IMG/VR virus record: IMGVR_UViG_2061766007_000135
Reading direction: 5' to 3' (one strand)
DNA: 64,000 nucleotides
From: an uncultured virus (IMG/VR IMGVR_UViG_2061766007_000135)
Lineage: Duplodnaviria; Heunggongvirae; Uroviricota; Caudoviricetes
The notes beneath the pieces were generated by a model. It worked only from the letters and a program-made list of their open reading frames with translations. It did not search any database and was not told the DNA's origin. A program made the translations under genes and the position numbers. Positions 58,919 to 64,000 of this stretch are shown piece by piece (the stretch's first letter is position 1; the number at the start of each line of letters is the position of its first letter).

Positions 58919-60466
58919 ATGGCATCTAAATATGTAGATACAACAGCCATTGTACAAGTACTTGGTTGTATTTATAACGATCCAAGCATATTGGATGCGC
59001 AAGATGTTTATAATATCAATGAAGATGATTTCCCAGAAATTTTTCATCGTACAATTATGGGAGCTTTCTTAAAATTACACGAAGATGGTGTAGATCATTT
59101 CACTTTTGCTATTATAAATGATTATCTGGATAATCATCCAAAATCTAAAGCGTTATTTGACGCTAATCATGGCAATGATTATTTGCAAAAGATAAGTGAT
59201 GTAGCTACTCGCGCTACTTTTGATTATTATTATAAACGTATGCGCAAAATGACATTGCTACGTATGTATGATAATCTTGGTATGGATGTTTCTTGGCTAT
59301 ATGATCCGGATAATCTTTTAGATACAAAGAAAAAAGAAGCACAAGAGGAATGGTTAGATAATGTAACCCTAGCAGCTATTGCTGAAAAAATAGATGAAAA
59401 AATAGAACTCATTAAAGTCAAATATGTAGACAATGATGATGGAGCTGGATCTTTCCAAGCTGGCGACGGTATTGAAGAACTTATACAAGAATTTGAAACT
59501 CGGCCTGACATTGGTGTGTCTTTGTATGGTAATTATATCAATACCATTACCAGAGGGGCGCGACTGGGAAAATTTTATCTCCGTTCTGCGCCTACAGGAG
59601 TAGGAAAAACTCGTAGTATGATCGCAGATGCTTGTTATATTGGTTGCGATTGGATCTATGATGAGCAGTTTGGTTGGATAAAAAATGGTTTGGGCTTTCC
59701 TACTTTATTTATTGGAACCGAGCAAGATAAAAGTGAAATCCAAACTATGATGCTTGCATTTTTATCTAATGTAGATGAAGAACATATCTTAAGAGGCAAA
59801 TATGAAAATGATGAACGTGAACGTGTAATGCGCGCCGCGAAAATCATTAAAGAAAGTCCGTTATATATAGAAGTGTTACCGGAATTTAACTTGCAAGATG
59901 TAGAGAATACAATTAGACGTAATCTGCGTGAAAAGAATATTCAATACGTTTTTCATGATTATATACATACGTCTATTAAGATTCTTGAAGAAATTAGTCG
60001 TCGCGCAGGCAAGGTAACTTTGCGTGAAGATAACATTCTTTTTCTTTTGAGCGCAAAAATTAAGGATATATGCGTAAAAGAAAATGTATTTATTATGAGC
60101 GCAACTCAACTTAATGGTGATTATCAAGATAGTAAAACACCAGATCAAAATTTATTGCGTGGTGCCAAAGCTATCGCGGATAAGATAGATTATGGGTCTA
60201 TACTTTTGCCGGTAAAAGAACAAGATTTAGGTAGTTTGGAAACTATTCTTCAAAAAAATCCACAATTTCCAGTACCTAAAATTAAATTATCTATTTATAA
60301 AAATCGTCGTGGCAGATATAAGAGTGTTATTTTGTGGTGCGATGCTGATCTTAGTACTTGCCGCATTAAACCAATGTTTATGACTGATTTTGCATATGAA
60401 TGGATTGGAATTGAAGATTTTAAAGTAATTGTAAATGATTTTAGTGCCTTTGAGGAGGAAGAATAA
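58919..60466 (+). CDS. DnaB-like replicative helicase
   Basis: SAPTGVGKT, HDYIH, ATQLN, KNRRG. Confidence 0.88.
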   Translation: MASKYVDTTAIVQVLGCIYNDPSILDAQDVYNINEDDFPEIFHRTIMGAFLKLHEDGVDHFTFAIINDYLDNHPKSKALFDANHGNDYLQKISDVATRATFDYYYKRMRKMTLLRMYDNLGMDVSWLYDPDNLLDTKKKEAQEEWLDNVTLAAIAEKIDEKIELIKVKYVDNDDGAGSFQAGDGIEELIQEFETRPDIGVSLYGNYINTITRGARLGKFYLRSAPTGVGKTRSMIADACYIGCDWIYDEQFGWIKNGLGFPTLFIGTEQDKSEIQTMMLAFLSNVDEEHILRGKYENDERERVMRAAKIIKESPLYIEVLPEFNLQDVENTIRRNLREKNIQYVFHDYIHTSIKILEEISRRAGKVTLREDNILFLLSAKIKDICVKENVFIMSATQLNGDYQDSKTPDQNLLRGAKAIADKIDYGSILLPVKEQDLGSLETILQKNPQFPVPKIKLSIYKNRRGRYKSVILWCDADLSTCRIKPMFMTDFAYEWIGIEDFKVIVNDFSAFEEEE

Positions 60467-60669
60467 TGGCTCAGCTTTCTACAAGAATTGTTTCTCAGAA
60501 AAGAGAAAGATTTTATGGTAAAGAATTGGAATATGTAATGCCTAAGCGCATTTTTGAAGAAATGACAAAAGATGTACATGGTGACCGAGGTCAATGGATG
60601 ATTGATTATATTAATGATATGTACGGTCTATTAGGGCATGTAACAAGTATTACGCTTGAAGGAGCATAA
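60466..60669 (+). CDS. hypothetical protein
   Basis: Translationally coupled ORF. Confidence 0.6.
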   Translation: MAQLSTRIVSQKRERFYGKELEYVMPKRIFEEMTKDVHGDRGQWMIDYINDMYGLLGHVTSITLEGA

Positions 60670-60671
60670 GT

Positions 60672-61778
60672 ATGCGTTTTGATAAAGATGAAATTAAAGA
60701 GCAAATTACTTCAGAACAAATTGAAGATATTGTTCGTGATTTCGGTGGTGACCCGCATCGAACTAACTTTGGCTTCGTTGCGGGCACTATTTGTCATAAC
60801 CATCCTGGAGAAGGAAGTCATAAATTATACTATTATGAAAATACAAAACTATTCAGATGTTATACTGGCTGTGATGCAACATTCGATATTTTTGAACTTA
60901 TATGTAAAATCCATAATCTCAGCAATCCTCAAGGGCGTCAATGGCAACTTTATGATGGAGTGAAATACGTTGCTTCAACTTTAGGAATTGAAGGAAGTAT
61001 TATTGATGATGAAGATTCCTTTGGAAGTATGCCTGACTGGACAGTTTTTGAAAAATATGAAAAAATAAAAATAGGTAAAGAAGATCAAAAACGAGTACAA
61101 CTTAAAGAATATGATGTAGCGATTTTAGATAGATTATGTTATCCCCGCATAGGAAATTGGATAGACGAAGGAATGACAGATGAAGTTTTAAAATATAATC
61201 GTATTGGTTTTTGTCCATCAACAGACCAGATTACAATCCCACATTTTGATATGGATAAACGATTTGTGGGATTGCGCGGCAGATTTCTTGGTAAGCAAGA
61301 AGCTGAATTATATGGTAAATATCGCCCTATGTTTCTAAATGGACAAATGTATAATCATCCTCTTGGATTTAATCTTTATAACTTAAACAATAGTAAGCAA
61401 CAGATAAGCAAAATGAAAAAAGTCATAATCTTCGAGGGCGAAAAATCATGTTTATTGTATCAATCCTATTTTGGATTAGATAATGATATTTCTGTAGCTT
61501 GTTGTGGTAGTGCGGTTAGTACTTGGCAAATGCAAACTTTAATTGATTTAGGTGCTACTGAAGTCATAATTGCGTTTGATAGACAGTTCCAAGCTAGAGG
61601 CGATGATGAATTTAAACATCTTACGAATAATCTAATTAAAATAAATAATAAATGGAAAAATTATGTAAATGTATCCTTCGTTTTCGATAAAGGAATGATT
61701 ACAGGATACAAAGATAGCCCAATTGATTGCGGGGCGGAGACCTTTGTTAAATTATTTAAGAATAGAGTGGTTTTATAA
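60672..61778 (+). CDS. DNA primase
   Basis: CHNH..FRCYTGC zinc finger; TOPRIM FEGEKS, IAFD. Confidence 0.88.
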   Translation: MRFDKDEIKEQITSEQIEDIVRDFGGDPHRTNFGFVAGTICHNHPGEGSHKLYYYENTKLFRCYTGCDATFDIFELICKIHNLSNPQGRQWQLYDGVKYVASTLGIEGSIIDDEDSFGSMPDWTVFEKYEKIKIGKEDQKRVQLKEYDVAILDRLCYPRIGNWIDEGMTDEVLKYNRIGFCPSTDQITIPHFDMDKRFVGLRGRFLGKQEAELYGKYRPMFLNGQMYNHPLGFNLYNLNNSKQQISKMKKVIIFEGEKSCLLYQSYFGLDNDISVACCGSAVSTWQMQTLIDLGATEVIIAFDRQFQARGDDEFKHLTNNLIKINNKWKNYVNVSFVFDKGMITGYKDSPIDCGAETFVKLFKNRVVL

Positions 61779-63512
61779 ATGGAGATTAAGCTGAAGCGTG
61801 GGTTTGAAGACTGGGATACTATGGGTCGCATTTTAAAATTACGCGGCACTGATTATGGATATTTAAATCCAAGCCCAGGTGATGAAATTGATTATAAAGA
61901 ATTAAATAATATTGAAGCTGCGGCAAGACGTTTATTAAGAGCGCTTGTGCATCAAGAAGATGTATATGTACAAGTTGATAGCGATTGTGATGGCTATACA
62001 TCTGCAGCGCTGCTTTTAAATTATATGCATGATATTGCACCATCCACAGTAGAGGAGCATTGGAAATATGGGCTACATAAGGTCAAGACTCATGGCATCG
62101 ACATGGACAATATCCCCGAAGGAACTAAACTTGTCGTCGCGCCAGATAGTTCCAGTAATGAGCAAAACAAGCATTACGAACTCTGCGCCAAAGGTGTGGA
62201 TGTCATCGTACTCGATCACCATGAAGCCGACAACACAGTTGGCGATCCAGCAATTATCGTCAACAACCAGTTGTGCGCCTATCGGAACAAGTTCCTCTCG
62301 GGTGTTGGAGTGGTCTATAAAACCTTGCAATGTTGCGACTCTTTACGACACATTCACGGAGCCGTAAATTGGTTTTTAGATTTGGTTGCGCTTGGTTTAA
62401 CCGGCGATATGATGGACGTGCGCTCTCCTGAAACAAATTATTATATTACAGAAGGTTTTACTCAAGTTCGGAATCCATTTTTTGTATATCTTGCAGATAA
62501 AAATGAATATTCTATGGAAGGGAAGTTTACTCAGCATTCTGTGGCTTGGTATATTGTACCATTCATTAATGCAGTTACAAGAATTGGGACTGATGAAGAT
62601 AAATTATTAGTATTTGAAGCAATGCTTTCTTGGAAAGCTGGTCAGCTTATTTTAAGTGATAAGCGTGGCGCAAAAGGAGAAGAAGAACTTCGTGTTGTAC
62701 AAGCTGTACGACATGCTTCAAATGTAAAACGACATCAAGATGAAGAGAAGAAAAAGTTACTTGATGCCATGTATGTTAAAATTGAAAAATATCACTTGGC
62801 CGACGAGCCACTAATTATAATTCAGAATAAGGGAGTAGAAGATGATGATCCTATTCGTGGTATTACTGGGCTTGTGGCTAATAGTATCATGGCCACCTAT
62901 ACTAAACCAACTCTCATACTTAATGAGATTACGAATCCAGAGACTGGCGAAATTACTTGGTCGGGAAGTGGAAGAGGTTTCAATACTGGCCGTGTTGATA
63001 ATTGGCGTGATTATATTAACAATACCGGCTGTGCCATTTTCGCTGAAGGCCATGCTATGGCTTTTGGTGTCGCTTTTACTCCGGATGGACTCGAACAATT
63101 CAAGACCCGCGTAAGAGAAGACTTCGGAACAACTCAGTTTGAGACTATATATGAAGTCGATTTTGTTTGGACTATGGCAGATAATTTTGATGATATTATC
63201 ATAAATATCGGTCGATATAAAGATATATGGGGACAAGGCGTGCCAGAGCCCCTAGTTGCGATTGAACATATTAAAATTGACGATCCTATTCAAATTAATT
63301 TACTTAATAAAGGTGCATTAAGAATTGATTTAAAACCATCACAAACTTCATTATTGAAATTTGGTAGTAATATAGAAGAATATCAAGAATTACTTGGTAA
63401 AACAATTACAGTAGTTGGTACTTGTGATATTAATGATTATGGTGGACATGAATATCCACAAATTCGTATTAAGGATTATTTCTTTGAAACTGTTTCAGCA
63501 TGGGATTTTTGA
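61779..63512 (+). CDS. recJ: RecJ-like DHH exonuclease
   Basis: DSDCDG, DHHE, SGVGV, GSGR, GHAMAFG. Confidence 0.88.
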   Translation: MEIKLKRGFEDWDTMGRILKLRGTDYGYLNPSPGDEIDYKELNNIEAAARRLLRALVHQEDVYVQVDSDCDGYTSAALLLNYMHDIAPSTVEEHWKYGLHKVKTHGIDMDNIPEGTKLVVAPDSSSNEQNKHYELCAKGVDVIVLDHHEADNTVGDPAIIVNNQLCAYRNKFLSGVGVVYKTLQCCDSLRHIHGAVNWFLDLVALGLTGDMMDVRSPETNYYITEGFTQVRNPFFVYLADKNEYSMEGKFTQHSVAWYIVPFINAVTRIGTDEDKLLVFEAMLSWKAGQLILSDKRGAKGEEELRVVQAVRHASNVKRHQDEEKKKLLDAMYVKIEKYHLADEPLIIIQNKGVEDDDPIRGITGLVANSIMATYTKPTLILNEITNPETGEITWSGSGRGFNTGRVDNWRDYINNTGCAIFAEGHAMAFGVAFTPDGLEQFKTRVREDFGTTQFETIYEVDFVWTMADNFDDIIINIGRYKDIWGQGVPEPLVAIEHIKIDDPIQINLLNKGALRIDLKPSQTSLLKFGSNIEEYQELLGKTITVVGTCDINDYGGHEYPQIRIKDYFFETVSAWDF

Positions 63513-63539
63513 CAAACTAAGAAAGTTATGGTATAATAT

Positions 63540-63800
63540 ATGAAGAATGAGAAATTTGTAGTTGTTCAATTCCCGTTTGAAGAATATGATGCTTGTAGAA
63601 TACAAGATATTTTTGAAGCAATTAGCACACGAGTCGCCAATGTTACTGGTATGGAAACTATTATGATTCCAAGCGATTGTACTTGGAATCTTTTAACAAG
63701 AGAACAGTTAATTAATATAAGAAATACGATTGATATATTATTGGAGAACAAAAATGACTTTAACAGCGAAACAAGAGCAAGGATTGAAAATTGCGGTTGA
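63540..63800 (+). CDS. hypothetical protein
   Basis: 86-aa ORF after a TTGACA promoter. Confidence 0.5.
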   Translation: MKNEKFVVVQFPFEEYDACRIQDIFEAISTRVANVTGMETIMIPSDCTWNLLTREQLINIRNTIDILLENKNDFNSETRARIENCG

Positions 63801-64000
63801 ACGCTATAATAACCATGAGCCTTATACTGTCATTGCTGGTTATGCGGGTGTTGGTAAATCTACATTAATTCGTTTTATTATCGCCGCATTGAATTTAAAT
63901 CCTTGGGAACTGGCTTATATCGCATATACTGGTAAAGCTGCGCAAGTATTACGAAATAAAGGCTGCCCCAATGCAATGACTGCTCATAGACTTTTATATA
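63754..64000 (+). CDS. RecD/Dda-like SF1 helicase (5' part; runs off window)
   Basis: LTAKQ, GYAGVGKST, AYTGKAA, TAHRLLY. Confidence 0.85.
   Translation, partial: MTLTAKQEQGLKIAVERYNNHEPYTVIAGYAGVGKSTLIRFIIAALNLNPWELAYIAYTGKAAQVLRNKGCPNAMTAHRLLY

Overview
64 kb of a large lytic-type dsDNA phage genome, probably infecting a Firmicutes/Clostridia host (inferred from sigmaA-type promoters, Shine-Dalgarno sites and an HPr-like gene). The phage recodes TAG, most likely as Gln (code 15). A cytosine methyltransferase, an endolysin, ClpP, PIN-PhoH, a virion-like protein, a wHTH protein and others are intact only if TAG is read through, and two CUA-anticodon tRNA genes follow the endolysin. Layout: (1) 1-2.2 kb minus-strand genes with an iteron-flanked wHTH gene; (2) 2.3-13.7 kb early cassettes behind a repeated promoter; (3) 13.7-30.6 kb an RNA island with about 38 tRNA genes covering all 20 amino acids, tmRNA, a ~950-nt ORF-free structured RNA and many small structured spacers; (4) 32-43.5 kb a DUF2828/vWA protein, nucleotide salvage and RNA-repair genes; (5) 44.5-64 kb ClpP, PhoH, gyrase, RNase H, ligase, helicase, primase, RecJ and RecD-like genes. 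Most novel-looking signals: ten dispersed 'stem-CAGCAA' RNAs, two carrying circularly permuted tRNA modules as in bacterial YrlA Y RNAs, near a Ro60/TROVE-like DUF2828 gene and RNA-repair enzymes; and a tRNA-Thr(UGU) split at the anticodon by a bare PD-(D/E)XK endonuclease ORF held in a perfect 17-bp helix with no group I core. All family calls are from motif recognition by eye; no searches were run.
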